Shown piece by piece: positions 41,551 through 55,845 of a stretch of DNA of 64,000 nucleotides. Below the pieces are notes generated by a model, which worked only from the letters and a program-made list of their open reading frames with translations, made no database searches and was not told where the DNA came from. Position 1 is the first letter of the stretch. Each line of letters begins with the position of its first letter. The DNA is from Octopus sinensis (taxonomy: Eukaryota), in contig NC_043000.1 of NCBI RefSeq assembly GCF_006345805.1, positions 54,994,001 to 55,058,000 on the forward strand. Direction: 5' to 3'. A program made the position numbers and the translations under genes.

Positions 41551-41581
<31 letters not shown>

Positions 41582-41644
41582 GGGTATTTGGCCAGAAGTA
41601 GAGTGAGTTCGTATTTACAGAAAGTGATAATACATATTACGTAG

Positions 41645-41885
41645 ATGTACTTGCATGGCAGTGACCTGATCTGAGATCGTGTGCTGGAACGAAAGCAATT
41701 GCAGCGTGGAAGGTTTTTATAAGCCATTTAAGAAACACGATGCAGCACGAAGTTTTGTCAGTGAACGGATCGCGGTCTCAAAGCGACGAAAATATTTTAA
41801 CAAATTAAATTTAAATGTTGAAGTGAATCTAATGGTTTTTGTGTGTTTCTTAAATGGCTTATAAACACCTTCCACGCTGCAATTG
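41645..41885. mobile_element. Short repeat with a 43-bp inverted duplication and a hammerhead-like variant motif
   Basis: 41696-41738 versus 41843-41885 inverted with 1 mismatch; motif at 41754-41804. Confidence 0.7.
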
Positions 41886-41952
41886 ATAATAAATATCGAA
41901 CGTGGAATAACTGTGAAATCAGCCCAGAAAATTGGTTAAATACCTCTATATA

Positions 41953-42804
41953 TTAGGGAGGGTACCCAAACGAAACCACAAGTTTACAATATCATTTTAT
42001 TCATTTAGTGTTTTACATGTTTACTCTTTTATCGTCTTGAAAGTATTCTCCATTGGAAGTTATGCATCGGCCCAGACGCGTTTTCCGCTGTTCGAACATT
42101 GATGAACACTGTCGAAGTAATGATTTAAACGATTCTGTCGTTGTTTTCTTCACCTTTTGCACATCTGCAAATTCTGCGTCACCATCTTTCATCACCAGTG
42201 GTGACCTTCGAAAGAGCTCCGGGTCAAATTCCATCTGTTTTTTTCAGTTGAAGACACGCATTCGGTCGTGACTGCTTTTAATACTATGTGACCAAGTGAA
42301 GGACAAATTTTGTTGCAACTCTTTTCATTCGCAGTTACTCGATCAAAATCCGTTGGCAGGAGATCCAGGAAATAAGACCAGTTCATGAATTTCATGATGT
42401 TTCTATTCATTCAGGTCGACGGTCGCTCTGAACGAAGTTGGTCTTCAAGTGACAAATAACCATTGCTAAACCATGAAAACCACTTGTAAACTTATATTTT
42501 GCTAATGGCAGTATCTCTGTAAGCTTTTGGAAGCATAACTCTTTCGGTGGTCGTTTTCGCCAGGAGAAAACTGAAATTCACGGAAGCGCGCTGTTCCTTC
42601 GTTTCAGCCATTGCGAAAATCGACGAACATTGGAAAATTAGTTTAAAACGAAGACGCATCACGTTGCAGTACGACCTGCGCCGACGATATCAGTCGACAG
42701 ATTTTGACTGAGGGTCGCGTCAAGTGGTTCCTAGCTGCAGAAGCCTGAACTACAACGGGCTTGTACCACAGAGAACGTTTCTGGTTACTTTTGGGTACCT
42801 CCTA

Positions 42805-42805
<1 letters not shown>
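41953..42805 (-). mobile_element. Mariner (DD34D) element with both TIRs and a large internal deletion
   Basis: ATG at 42611, MAETKEQRASVNFSFLL..VYKWFSWF..LEDQLRSERPST; jumps to DLLPTDF; C-terminus RLGRCITSNGEYFQ; imperfect GGTACCCAAA-containing TIRs, each flanked by TA. Confidence 0.88.
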
Positions 42806-42889
<84 letters not shown>

Positions 42890-42960
42890 GTGTGTGTGTG
42901 TGTGTGTGTGTTGTGTGTGTGTGTGTGTGCGTGTGTGTGTATGTGTGTGCATGTATGTAT
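42806..42960. repeat. (TA)n(TG)n microsatellite
   Basis: Direct reading. Confidence 0.95.
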
Positions 42961-44621
42961 ACCATCTGTATACCGAATTTCATTCCATAAGCATTATTAC
43001 CTAAGAAAAACAAACATACAAATCCTGTTTTGATAGAAATATAGTGTGTGACTGCAAATATTGTTAAGACTTATTCTGCCATTAAAATCACGAACAAGGG
43101 TACTCTTAGTATTTCCTTATTAACTGGTATCACAATAAGCTGTGTTATGTGTGTATATTTATTCATTGCAGGAATAGCCTTACTATTGCATTTATGAACA
43201 CATGATCAGTTAAGAATCTCGCGAAAGATACACTACATTGATATATGTACACATAAATACACTGCTATTTATCTCTCTATCCACTTATCTATGCGTGTGT
43301 ATATATATATATATACATATACATACATATAGTTACTGATTAACCGCGAAGTCCCAGGTTGCTCTGATGGAGCAAACTCTTAATGGAAAACATTTTTTCT
43401 TAACTAATGCTTTTGTTTACCGGCTGTATATTATGATATGCATTGAGTTACAATTTTGTGTAAGATAAGTGACTGTCATTTGCAGGAGATCGGGGAATGA
43501 CATAGTGGTGTCCCAGCTATAAAATTATCAGATTTTAACATTTGTCGATAATATGTAAACTTTCTAACATATTAAATAAGACAACATGCAGTATAATGAT
43601 ATCTGCTTTAAAATCTGTGTTGTGCCTTTTTTGTAATGTTGACAGAATAAATGCACATTAAATATTTTTTTGTGTCAAACTCAATTACGAGTAAATGTTA
43701 CTTTGTGTGATGGAGAATAACCGGATCCGACGAGTGATGGAACAAACTTATTCTGCGAAAAATATTTAGGAGAGCCAAACGAAACTGAAGAGCGTAGGTG
43801 ATATTGATAAAACTGGAAACCTCTATGCTGTGGGTATTAACCAAATATAAGCACTTATTCTGTTGTTTGCATAGTTGCTAAATAATATACTACAGCGACA
43901 TAAATACTGGTAATTTGCCAAGTTGGTAGGGGCTGATACTACAGAATCCAACTTATTTAAAAGAGAAAAGTTACTCTTTTGAGTAACTCTAGCAACCGTT
44001 AATTTTAAGTTCTTCTGTGACTCAAAGAGATTAATGAATCAGAGTATGTTCTAGCCTTTTCTATTGTTATAGCATATATTGAAAACCGTTAGAGATAGTA
44101 TTACTCATGTAGACCTCTTGAATATTGCATTGGCATTACCATGGCATTTATGACAACTTGTTTTTGTTGAGCCAGACTAATCGTTTCGAAATTAGCAACG
44201 ATAGAATGAGATCATAAGTATTCGTAACAAATGGTCATTAAAATCGTAGCCGACCTACTTTTCCTTCATGATATTTGCAGCAAAATTGGGAAGTTGACGA
44301 TTTTTAGACTATTAAATACAAGAAAATTGGTTGAATATTCAGAAAAACATTTGATTCACAGAAAATCGTTAGATAAGTAAGGTTTGACAAATTTATTCAT
44401 TTATTCACTCCAAAATTGAAATGCATATGCAAGTATACAAGGCTGCAGTATTATCTTTACAAATATATAGTCCTCATTTTGTTTGAACCTGATTGAAATA
44501 TGTTTATAATTCTCACTACAGAAAATCCAATTTCTCTACATTCTGCAATTTTAATACGTACACCAGAAGAGACTTTAACGATATAGAAATTTCATGTTAA
44601 AAAGTTAAATAATTAATATTG

Positions 44622-44840
44622 ATTTCAAATTTTGAGACACAAAGCCAGCTGTCTTGGGGAAGTCAATTACATAGCCCCCGGTGCTCAACCGATATTTATT
44701 TTATAAAGCCCTGAAAGATCCCACACGAATGAAAGACAAAATCCTCATCGACGGGATTTCAGCTCAGAACGTAAAGACGGACGAAATGCCGCTATGCATG
44801 TTTGCTCAGCGTGTTATCGATTCAGCGAGTTCACCACCTT
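44622..44840 (-). mobile_element. tRNA-derived Meta-like SINE
   Basis: GCTCAGAACGTAAAGACGGACGAAATGCCGCTA...GAGTTCACCACCTT; homologous to 9992-10185. Confidence 0.75.
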
Positions 44841-46590
44841 AAATGTATAACTAATATTAACAATCATATATACGAACGTATGACGGATTTAAAATGGATT
44901 TCATCAATGTATTTTATCTCAAATTTTCGTATTTAAGATTAATTCGTCGATGTCACTTACTTCCAAAATGTTCTACTTTATTCTCGCCATGTAGAGGTAT
45001 TAACTTCTGGCGGCTAAGTAAATTCCATACTCTATTGACAAACACAACAAATTGCTCGGGAGAATATGTGAAACCTGTTGTAGGAATGAATACACTACTC
45101 ACCGATGGTTCACATGCTCTTTACTGTCGGTAACATTGCTTATATGAAGGAGAACTTCAAACTTGGTATAATGTAGCATGGAAGCTGAATGACACAGTAG
45201 ATCAGAGGAGAAGTGACACATCTGTCGACTTACTAGTAACATCAACAAAATGTTACATGTCGCCTCGAATATATTAGCTCCAAAAGTCATTGTTTCAGCC
45301 GCTAGAAGACAAATTAACTGTGCATAAATGAATTCTCCATACGTTTATAGTTTACAGCAATAATATATGGAGTAAAACATTCCTTATACTTTCTTAAGTA
45401 ATCTTAAGTAACAAGCTGCATCATATACCTCCGTTTTGAGATGTTCATGTGAATTTTGCTAAAGAATCAAATTATTTAAGCATATCACCGATACGCTAAC
45501 ATTACATAAAACATTTTCCATTGACGTAAAATGGAAAAATAAGTAAAAAGATGTCGAAGAAATATTGGCTCTGATTAATGAAATTGCAGTAGATTTCATG
45601 CACAAACTTGGAGATACAATTGATGTGAAAATAGCCTTGCAGCAGTATTCCTTTCAATCGAATTTTTTGTACAAGATCTATGTCATGCCGCCATAACTAT
45701 GAGACATGAGTCTTTGAAAACTATATATCTTGCATTCACGCTTCTGAACTACATATTAACTTTAGAAACATGCTTGCATTAATTTATGTAACGAGAATTC
45801 ACCGTCAAAAGACGTGTATTTGCATTTATGAAAGAATGTTTCAAGTGATATTTTTTATTCATTTATATTGTCGATATTTATTTAATCATTATATAATGCG
45901 ATATTCACTCCAATCTATTCATATTAAATGTAGTTCATTTACTTTCGGCAACTTACGCATTAATATTTCTGTCGATATTGATGAATTCAAGATATGCAAT
46001 ACACCTTGATCCTTTGCTGAATAAGCTACTTACCGAACTTCCTATTTTTATGATTTTCAGTCCCATTTGATAAGTGGTGGAGACATATAATGAATATGTA
46101 ATGATTGCAGCGATAAGCGTTCGATCCGCTGACAGTGCGTCTATGTGTTCTGTCGACATGTTAGCAGAAACACATTTTCGTCAAATTTTACTGTTTTCGG
46201 GTAAAAATTAGAATTATCATCCAGTACACAGACAGAGGCTTTGCTGATTAAAATATTTCTGTGAACAGTTTTTAATAAAAAAAAATCAACTCCTGTGTTA
46301 AATATTGGAGAAAATCCCTAATATTTCCTCTCACAGGTAAAATGCACGTCTTGCCAATGAAATAAATCATGGTGAGTAGAATTATTAAGTAATCTTAACC
46401 GACTTTACAGTCAGTTGAGATAAATGTACTCGCTGTAGAATATTCAACTGTATTCTTAATATTCAAATGTAGAAAAATACTAAGTCACGGAAAGGTAGTA
46501 AGCAATAGATAGAAGTAACCACAGCCAAAAGATTTAAATGTTTCAGAGACGAAGGAAATTGAATGAACTGAGTTACAGTGTCTAGTGTCA

Positions 46591-46626
<36 letters not shown>

Positions 46627-47691
46627 TCGTGTGTGTATGTGTGTGGCACGTACTATGAATATAGTTGTTAAAATGCATTGTGTGGGTAATCGTTAGCAAA
46701 TTACAGATTCATAAACAGCAATATCATTCATTCTCTTATTTGGAAGTGAAAAAAGTTATTTTTATCATAAGTACTGAATGTGAACATCATATTTTCTATA
46801 CATACAAAGTAACATTAGCATTCAATTTGAAATACTGTCTATTATTTACTATGAATGCACCACTCAAATCTTTCAAATTCATGTCATAGCCATGTAATCA
46901 AACAGATATTCTTTTGTATGAAACCTAATTATTTTCCTTCTCTAAATATGACACTCACAAGATGTATGCGGCGAGAAAATAGCTTGTTGACTCGAAAACG
47001 TATAATAAAATGGTGTGCGTCTGAATTAAATGAACGCAAATGGTTTTAATCAATATTTCTCCAATATATGGATTTTCTATTGATTGATACACAACGTAAT
47101 TTAGAAAAGTTCATCCGTTTTCAGACAACCCCAATCTGCAAGAAAACAATAAACCTATTGAACGATCGCCGAGAAACTTTAAATAGAACCTGAAAGTTAA
47201 TAAAAACTGATATTAAAAAAAAAGTTGACGGAAGACTTTACTGTAACAGATAATGAAAGCGACGAGAGGTGAAGATGTATGCTTTTTATATGATTTCCTT
47301 TACGAAAGTAGATAAAGGTTATTGAAGTAGGTGGATATACAAGAAGGAGATAAAAACACGTTATAAAGTGAAACTAACACTTTGGCTATCCCAACATTTG
47401 TAAAGATTGTGGAGACGAAAGTAAACTTAATGAGGACCGCTTGATATATTGTTTGTCAAATACTTATAATAGGTATCTCCAACATTGGTTCAAAGCTTCG
47501 CCTTTTAATGGATCGAGTACGCTCGAATAAATCGAAACTAGTACTAGTACTTGAATGTATATATTTTAAATAACTATGAAGGAAAAGTGTAAATCAGTGC
47601 GACTGATATTTGAACGGATGTGTTAAAAGTAATATAAGCATTATCCAGTCTCTTACTTGTTTTTGCCATATACGGAACTAATAATACCAAA

Positions 47692-48033
47692 AAGAAGAAG
47701 TAGAAGAAGTAGAAGAAGAAGTAGAAGAAGAAGAAGTAGAAGTAGAAGTAGAAGTAGTAGTGGTAGTAGTAGTAGAAGAAGAAAAAGAAGAAGTAGAAGA
47801 AGAAGAAGAAGGAGTAGAAGAAGAAGTAGAAGAAGAAGAAGTAGAAGTAGATGTAGAAGTAGTAGTAGTAGTAGTAGAAGAAGAAAAAGAAGAAGAAGAA
47901 GAAGAAGAAGAGAAGAAGTAGAAGAAGTAGAAGTAGAAGTAGAAGTAGTAGTAGTAGTAGTAGAAGAAGAAAAAGAAGAAGAAGAAGAAGAAGAAGAAGA
48001 AGAAGAAGAAGAAGAAGAAGAAGAAGAAGAAGA
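47692..48033 (+). repeat. (GAA)n/(GTA)n compound trinucleotide tract, about 340 bp, strongly purine-biased
   Basis: Direct reading; produces the poly-L/S and poly-R/E ORFs. Confidence 0.95.
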
Positions 48034-50399
48034 ATTTCGCAAGCAGAGCCTATTCATAAATATATCATAATGTTGGGAAAGTGAGTTTCTCAACTAAATT
48101 CAATGGTTACACAGGAAACTAACGTATACACTGTAGAAGCAGAACTAATCGTTCTTCTTGTACAAGATAACATCTTTTTCAAACAACAAGACTGCATTCG
48201 TTGTTCTATATTAAGTGTTCCTATCCCAAAATACCAAAATAACATTCAATAAAAATTAATGCTTAAAAATAGTGCAACCTACCAAAAAACACCTGAAACC
48301 ATCCGTTCAGTGATAATATATTTTAGTTATTTTAGCTTCTATATGTAAGCAGCCAAAATGTAGCCCGATATGGCTGACAGATAAAACGTGACATTCTTCA
48401 AATTAGGTGTAAGAAATTTAAAACTGTTGTCTACGAATATTGCTATAAAATGAGAATGCTTATTCAATAACAACACTATAAGAATCAGGTTTTATCGTGT
48501 AACAAGTTCTGTTGCTACCGTTTTCGCCGGCGTTTAAAACGCATTTTGCATAAGATACCCTACTAATTTATTATATTTTGTGGAAAAAATTTAATAATTT
48601 TCGTCAAATATTCGTAAGTGGGTATCTCATTCGTAACACGTTCACATTAGATGTATAGCAATTTACTGTTACATCAATAATTTTAAAAAAGCGCATTATG
48701 TACATCGGCATATACGGTACTCAGATCTCTACATCTGACCTTCAGTTTGGAGATAAAATCACAAGAGAAAAAGACACCGTGTGTAATAATTAAGCTCTCG
48801 GCATTTACTTCATAATTTATTCGAATATATTTAAAATTGGATCTGTTTATTTCTTTTTTTTTTTTTATTATTACTGTGTAGAATAAAATATGGTTATATA
48901 TGATATTCTGAATTTGTAATGTGTTCTTGAATCAACCATGAGATTTCTTGGATAGAAGCAGATGTAGTTTCAGTTGATGTTGACGCTTAGACTACTGTTT
49001 CTCATACAGCAGGCGTATGAGATTTAAAAATAATAGATAGGTAATTTCAATATTTAGTGACATTAAAATGTGTTTCAAATTTCAGTCTAACACCAAAGTA
49101 AAGAAACTGCACTGATATACATGCAAAGTCTATTACAATTTCTCATTGCTAATGAAGTGGAAAGCAAAATAGTAAATCATAAATACTTCTTTCGCAGGTG
49201 GCTCGTATAATTTAGCACACAAAATAGAGTTTTACATCGTACACGTACTACAAAAAGCTCCTGGAGTGATAAAACTCCTTGTAAAATTTTCCAGATAAAA
49301 GACAATATCTAATGCGGACAGTTTAATTAAGTGCAATTAAAAGAATCAAAATGTTATAAATGACATGTTTAACGACAGCATATTTGGATATTATTTGACT
49401 TGCTGAACAGATTGAAGAATCGAATAAAGCAACGATAAATGTATGCAAGAATTGATGTAAGTATATATAAATTTGGAATTAAAATATAAGTATTCAAAAC
49501 AGGTTGTATATGTCAACAATAGCAAAGGTGCTACAGCTGGGAAAGAGAAGTCGTTTGATATGAAGAATTTGATAGAGTGATGAAGAAAGGTAGAAAGAAT
49601 GCAATATGTTTACACTATATGTTTTGATATTGCTCCTTCATGCATAACATACATACGTACATGCATACACACATAAAATGCATACATAAAATATAACCAA
49701 AAGTATGGCTTCCCATGTCAGCACAATACAAATATTGAAGTTATGCAACACACTATGAAACTCCTAGTCCCGTCTAGCCAGCTCTTGAAGTGGAAGAGAG
49801 AATTATTTGCAGAGCGGTAAATTAATTTTTAGTAAATTTAAATACAAATGAAAATTCTGATATTTAAGATGTAAACTTTGGACGTGTATTGTAGGGGTTC
49901 TGTATATAATGACAAATATAATCATTAATATGAAAAAGATTAAAATCATCGGAAACGATATTTTCATTCTATAAGGAGTCGTTTTACTTTAAGAATATGT
50001 TAACTACATTTAGACATGACCCGCCACCTTCAAAGGCCCATCTATTTTATACTATACTGAATGACAACTTTAAAACACTTACACTGTTTACACTTCAATA
50101 TCGGAATTTTCTTTTGTAATTCCATTCGCTGAGATTCAAATGATTACTCAGCAAATTTGTGAGTCACTCCGTTTTCAGGAGTTACCCAACGAACTTGGGA
50201 GATGCATATCCTTAATAGTTGTATTATGCCAACGCCAAAATAAAAGCTCCAAATGAAAAAGACTGTGTTTTTATTTTATTTTACAGCACACTCTATGCTT
50301 ATTCTTCGTTACATATCCTTAACAATATTGCGATTACGGGTTAGTAAAAAAAAACAGCGTCTTAACTTCATCGATTCTTTGATCATTATAACCTAAAAT

Positions 50400-50425
50400 A
50401 CATACATATTACACACACACACACG

Positions 50426-50483
<58 letters not shown>

Positions 50484-50768
50484 TATATATATATATACAT
50501 ATATATATATATCTACATATATATATATCTACATATATATATATATACACATATATATATGCGTGCATATAAACATATAGATACTAACATTAGTAATCAT
50601 AAGTAATTATTTTAGACTTATGTATATACCTGGTAGTATGCCGATTAAAGCTCGCTTACAATCTGTGGATACTTGATGTACATATAAACACCACTTGATT
50701 TACTTCAGATATTCCTCCTCCATCTCCTTAGAGTAGTATATAAAAAGATAAGAGGAATATATATATAT

Positions 50769-50821
<53 letters not shown>

Positions 50822-50871
50822 GCATACATATATGTGTACGTATGTATATATGTATAGACATATGTATATAT

Positions 50872-50928
<57 letters not shown>

Positions 50929-51208
50929 CCATATATCCATATATATAAATACGCAAATATATATATATACACATTTATACTTATAAACTATATGCATATA
51001 TACATATACATATATATACACATGTACAAAAACTATACATATATATATATATATATATACATACATACATGTGTATATGTACATATACATGTGTTTCTAT
51101 ATACACACATTCATACATACATACATGCATGCATACATACATACATACATACATACATACATACATACATACATACATACATACATACATACATACATAC
51201 ATACATAC
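50400..51208. repeat. Two large (TA)n/(CATA)n microsatellite blocks (50400-50570 and 50755-51208)
   Basis: Direct reading. Confidence 0.95.
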
Positions 51209-51789
51209 GTAACCCCAGGCTGCAATCCTCTTACCAGACAGAAGATTGCTACCAAGCTTTTAAATTTTCTAACTTCGAGAGGCATTTTGGTGACGGCTCT
51301 ACACAAGTATACACAACTATGATACAATAACATTTATATGACTAAGAAGTAATTGTGTAACATGACAAGATGGCTTCGTATGTGAAAGTATTCACTAATA
51401 TTATTCTAAAGAAAAGGAAATGAAATCACTTCCCTATTATAGAGTTTAGCTGCCCAAAAGATATACATGAGGTGATTCATATTGTGGGGAAAGAAACTTT
51501 ACACAGTGTGATCCTGTTTCCAGATTCTTATTTTTACGAAACACAGGACCTTTACAACAGGTCTACGATGAAGGTAATCCAGAAACGAAAAGCAACCATT
51601 TTGCATCCATGAAATCTATTTATTTAGTACTACAGTGAATAGGCATAAAACATATATGTAAAACATTACAAATATTTTCTTCTTCAGTTTCCTAGAATGG
51701 ACCCATTTCGTAGCCATGTATAAGCATATGGGACTTATCTGCGCACACGTGCGTAAAGTCTAATCACATATGCAGTAGTAATAAAGTCA

Positions 51790-52764
51790 AACATGAAAGC
51801 ACACATGCGAACAAATAAGCATATACATATATTGTTATATATAGATGCCTATATATAAGATGAAGAGCGAACAGGACGTCCAGGTGAGTTTGATGATAAG
51901 CTTCTTGAGGCATTACTTGAAGAAAATCCTGCATTATCAGTTGAAGAAATGGCAATAAAGCTTAGTTCAAACCATACAACTCTTCACCGTCATCTCCAGC
52001 AACTTGGAAAATGAGCGCCTCATTAACGTAAAATGGGTACCTCCGAAAGAAACCGCAAATCTGCTCTACTCTCCATTTTCGCCAGCTTATTCTACCCTTT
52101 TTGGATAGACTTGTGATTGGTTACGAAAAATGGATCTTCTATCGAAATGTTAAACTCCGTAAACAGTAGCTTAATAAAAGGAAAGAAGCTCAACCACAAG
52201 CGAGAAGGGAACTTCATGGGAAAATGGTCCTTCTCTCTATCTGGTGGGATTGCAAAGGAGTAATTCACTCTGAATTGTTACCACCTAATGCAATGCAGCA
52301 ATCAATGCTCAAGTCTACTGTCAGCAATTAGAGCATGTCAACCAAGCTTTGGAGAAAAAATTCCCGCTTATTGAATCGACAAGGAATGATGTTTCAAAAG
52401 GAGAATTCCCGACCCTACATTCAAAGATCACATCACAGAAAATCGAAGAACTTGGTTGGGAAAAATTCCTCATCCCCCTTATTCTCACGACCTTGCTGCT
52501 TCAAACTACCATTTGTTTCGTAGTTTACAGAATCATTTGGGGACATAACTTTTGCAAGCCAAGAAGAGGTCGGAACTGACATTTCAAAGTTCTTCGCTTT
52601 GAAACCAAAGGAGTTTTACAGTGATGGGATTAAAAAGCTTGTAAATAGATGGAAAGAAATCATAGATAATCAGGGAAAGTACATTGATGATTAAATTTCA
52701 ATTAAATATAACATTTAATCACTTGTTTTCTTTATTTAAAATTCGGACACAATTTATAGGTGAC

Positions 52765-52768
<4 letters not shown>
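51790..52768 (+). mobile_element. Mariner (DD34D) transposase relic with one TIR
   Basis: DEERTGRP, KWVP, RLVIGYEKWIFY, SIWWDCKGVIH, FRSLQNHL, GIKKLVNRWKEIIDNQGKYIDD* (stop about 52694); right end ...ATAGGTGACCTGA then TA; 5' TIR not found. Confidence 0.9.
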
Positions 52769-52810
<42 letters not shown>

Positions 52811-53831
52811 CAACCGATAAGGGTGAGAAAATTGGGTACTAATTTAATAGCACATCCATTTACCACCAAGTGGCTTAGTGCATAAAAAACCCGGATTGCG
52901 ACACATTTTATACATAAATATAAGAGAGTGACCACCATGTGGTCTACTCTAGCACTAAAAATAGATCCGCAAGGTTTCAGCCACAAAAGAAATTGTTTCC
53001 GTTGAAAGTTAGCACTACTACCAGCGCAAATGAACAGGGCAAATAGAACTGTGATTTTATTAAAACTCCAAAATTAAATAATGATTAAATTAATTCCCAT
53101 GCACCTGCGACATCATACCTATGAATAGAGGCCTGAATATCCTTATCTTCGTACCATCATCATCGTTACCATCATTATCATTAATAATAATCATCATGCG
53201 CCAGACGTAACAAATTTATCCTCTTCTTCTCCGACACCACTTTCTAACCATAACCATTGAAATTGTCTTTATCACGAATACAAGTGTCAGAGCGATTGAA
53301 ATCACTCTTCACATCAGCATCAGCATTAACGTTAGAACTAGTAAAGTATTATAATTCTCACCACCCAGTCATTCATTACAACTCACATCTTCATACAAAC
53401 AAGGTTATTAACACTAACTTTACTACTGTTGTGTACGCTTTCAACATCCAAAAATACTTCAGCAAATGCATTACTTTATGAGTATTTCAAGGGCTATTAT
53501 TTAAATCTTCATACGCTTTGTCGATTCTTCAAATCTCTATAGTGCATTTAAAATCTCATGGCTACGGGCATTTCGCGAACAAAAGCTTCATTCAAACAAG
53601 GCTAGGCTGAAATTCCTTACTTATTTATACGATACATCCGGAATCGTATATTACAAGTAATGATAAAGATACCAAAGATATTAAACTAATTTCTATACTG
53701 ATAGATAGAAAAATAATCTACGGATTAATCTACGGATATACAGCATTAGCAAATAAAGAATACAATTTAAAGGAGAGATATTTTAGATGCGCGAATTGCC
53801 CGAAGCTATTTTAACAGAATTAGTTGGTAGC

Positions 53832-53869
<38 letters not shown>

Positions 53870-54079
53870 AACCAATACGTTCAAGGAATATTATTCAATG
53901 AGATGAAATGAACCTTTAAAATGTCAGGAATATAGATGTACTCTATAAATTTTTTTCTATCTTTACTTGAAATGTTAGTATTAGTCGGTCAGTCTTTTGC
54001 ACAGCGTTTAGAGGTGATCGATATTTAGTTATGATAGTTGTTTCATTGTTGATGCGCTGCTATTACTATGTGCCATCGG

Positions 54080-54330
54080 CAAATTGATATCAGGGGAAGT
54101 CGCTATGCGTCGATTGTCTCTTACCGGTATCTGCGATTGTATTTTCACTGAGTCCAGTATTCCAGTATTCGAATTTGTGATCTATGCAAGAGTCATGAGC
54201 ACTCTTAAGGACATTCTGGTTTTCCCTATGTGTTTCTCGCTGTACACCCTGAGTATGTAATTTCATAAATATAGTTTGCAGAAGTGCAGACGGAGTTATT
54301 TTGTTATTCTGAACAGTTACCATTTTTACA
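54080..54330 (-). mobile_element. Penelope-like GIY-YIG endonuclease fragment (frameshifted)
   Basis: Across two frameshifts: CTSANYIYEITYSGC / SEKHIGKTRMSLRVLMT / LHRSQIRILEY..GLSE. Confidence 0.6.
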
Positions 54331-55559
54331 AAGCGAATTCCATCGTTTGAAAGCATAAACCACAGTTGGATATTCTGTATTTTAATATTGTTGGTTCTGT
54401 TGATTTTATGTGAAGCTTGGCCCACGTTAACATTTTCCTCCGTTGATTTGAGCTAATTTTTCTTTTCGAAATGATATATATTTGGCTCTTCTCAAAATTC
54501 GGTTTAGATGAGAAATTTTAAAACACCAACTCCTAAAACATACAGTCACTGACAAAGGGCACCTTCACCAACCGATGTCTTCAGCTATATATCGACATAT
54601 GCTGCAGACACTCCAAGAAAATGAAATATTTACAAAGGCCAAACATTTACAAAAGCCAATCTTATATTAATGAAACCTAATATACGCAAGTATGTAATGA
54701 GAATGGGAAGCAGATTACATTCGAATAACTTTACGATCCATTTAGCAATGCATGTCTCAGCATAAATGGGAAACTATAATATGAAAATCCAGACAAATAC
54801 AAGTCGATGAACATATCGACACAGCCAAATAAGAAATAATTAAACTTTATGGTTTCTTCCTTATGTGCGTTTAGCGATTACACAACTCAACAATAACACA
54901 TATTTCAGTAAATGTGAAAGAGAAAGAGAGACAACTACTGCTAAACTTACTGTACTACAAACTTTTTAAAAGTTGCGACAATGCAACTATAATTTGTAGG
55001 CTGAAAGAGAAAAGCTACCTCAGCCATCAAGCTTCCTGCTGCTGCAACTACCAACAGCCATCCATCGGCAATATCTACGGTGTATATATGTGAGTATGTG
55101 TGTATGTATGCATTTAGACATATACATATATGTGTTTACACATACACAACACTCGCACCTACGCGCACACACACAAACACACACATATATATATATGAGA
55201 TCAGAATAGAATAGGAATGTAGTGTAACATTTATTTTAACAACATAAATGACATAATCTTAACACCTTTTTCACTTGCAAATAATAATATATTGTGCGAT
55301 ATTCATTGCGCAGACGATTACATTATCACATTGAAAAACAAATATTTCAGGAGACAAGAGAAAGTTAATCCAGGTATATACCAAACTAAAATTTACACAT
55401 TTTTGCAGAAATGTGTGTAAATTTAAGAGAACATTCTATAGAGACCAGTACAGAAAAGAAGTTATTTTTATTTTATTAGTAAAATAAAGATAGTGAAAGA
55501 AGCTAAAGCGAAAGTTATTGTCAGGATATTTAAGGAAGACAAGAAATTCAGTCTTTAAA

Positions 55560-55845
55560 CTATAACACATCACACAACTTCTAAGCTGCGGGACTGGTAT
55601 CAACCTTATTGAAAACACAACATACAAATTCAAATCAGGACAGATTTTTACCGTCAACAAATACGAAAACCAAGTACTAGACATATTCCTCTGACCGGAC
55701 ACAGACATATGGGCAAAAAATAAATCTCCCAAATTCCAGGTCTTCCCACTCTACCTATGTTCAGCGAATACCACAGATGAAGCACGGATAAACAAAGAAA
55801 TTACCTTCATGCAGAAGTACAAATCAAGACTTAACAAACTTTAAC
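55560..55845 (+). mobile_element. Penelope-like C-terminal fragment with the GIY-YIG core deleted
   Basis: KFKSGQIFTVN ... KFQVFPLYLC..TTDEARINKEITFMQKYKSRLN*. Confidence 0.55.

Noticed and set aside
46034-46150. Minus-strand candidate exon with ALSADR (GPCR TM3-like) and a GTAAGT donor
   Set aside because: Flanking residues do not fit a TM3/DRY context and no partner exons were found.
47653-48093. Poly-Leu/Ser and poly-Arg/Glu ORFs
   Set aside because: They arise wholly from the GAA/GTA repeat; no unique coding flank.
50700-50750. Minus-strand hammerhead-like relic (CUAAGGA...GAAG)
   Set aside because: Two essential core positions differ and helix III is not palindromic; could be chance.
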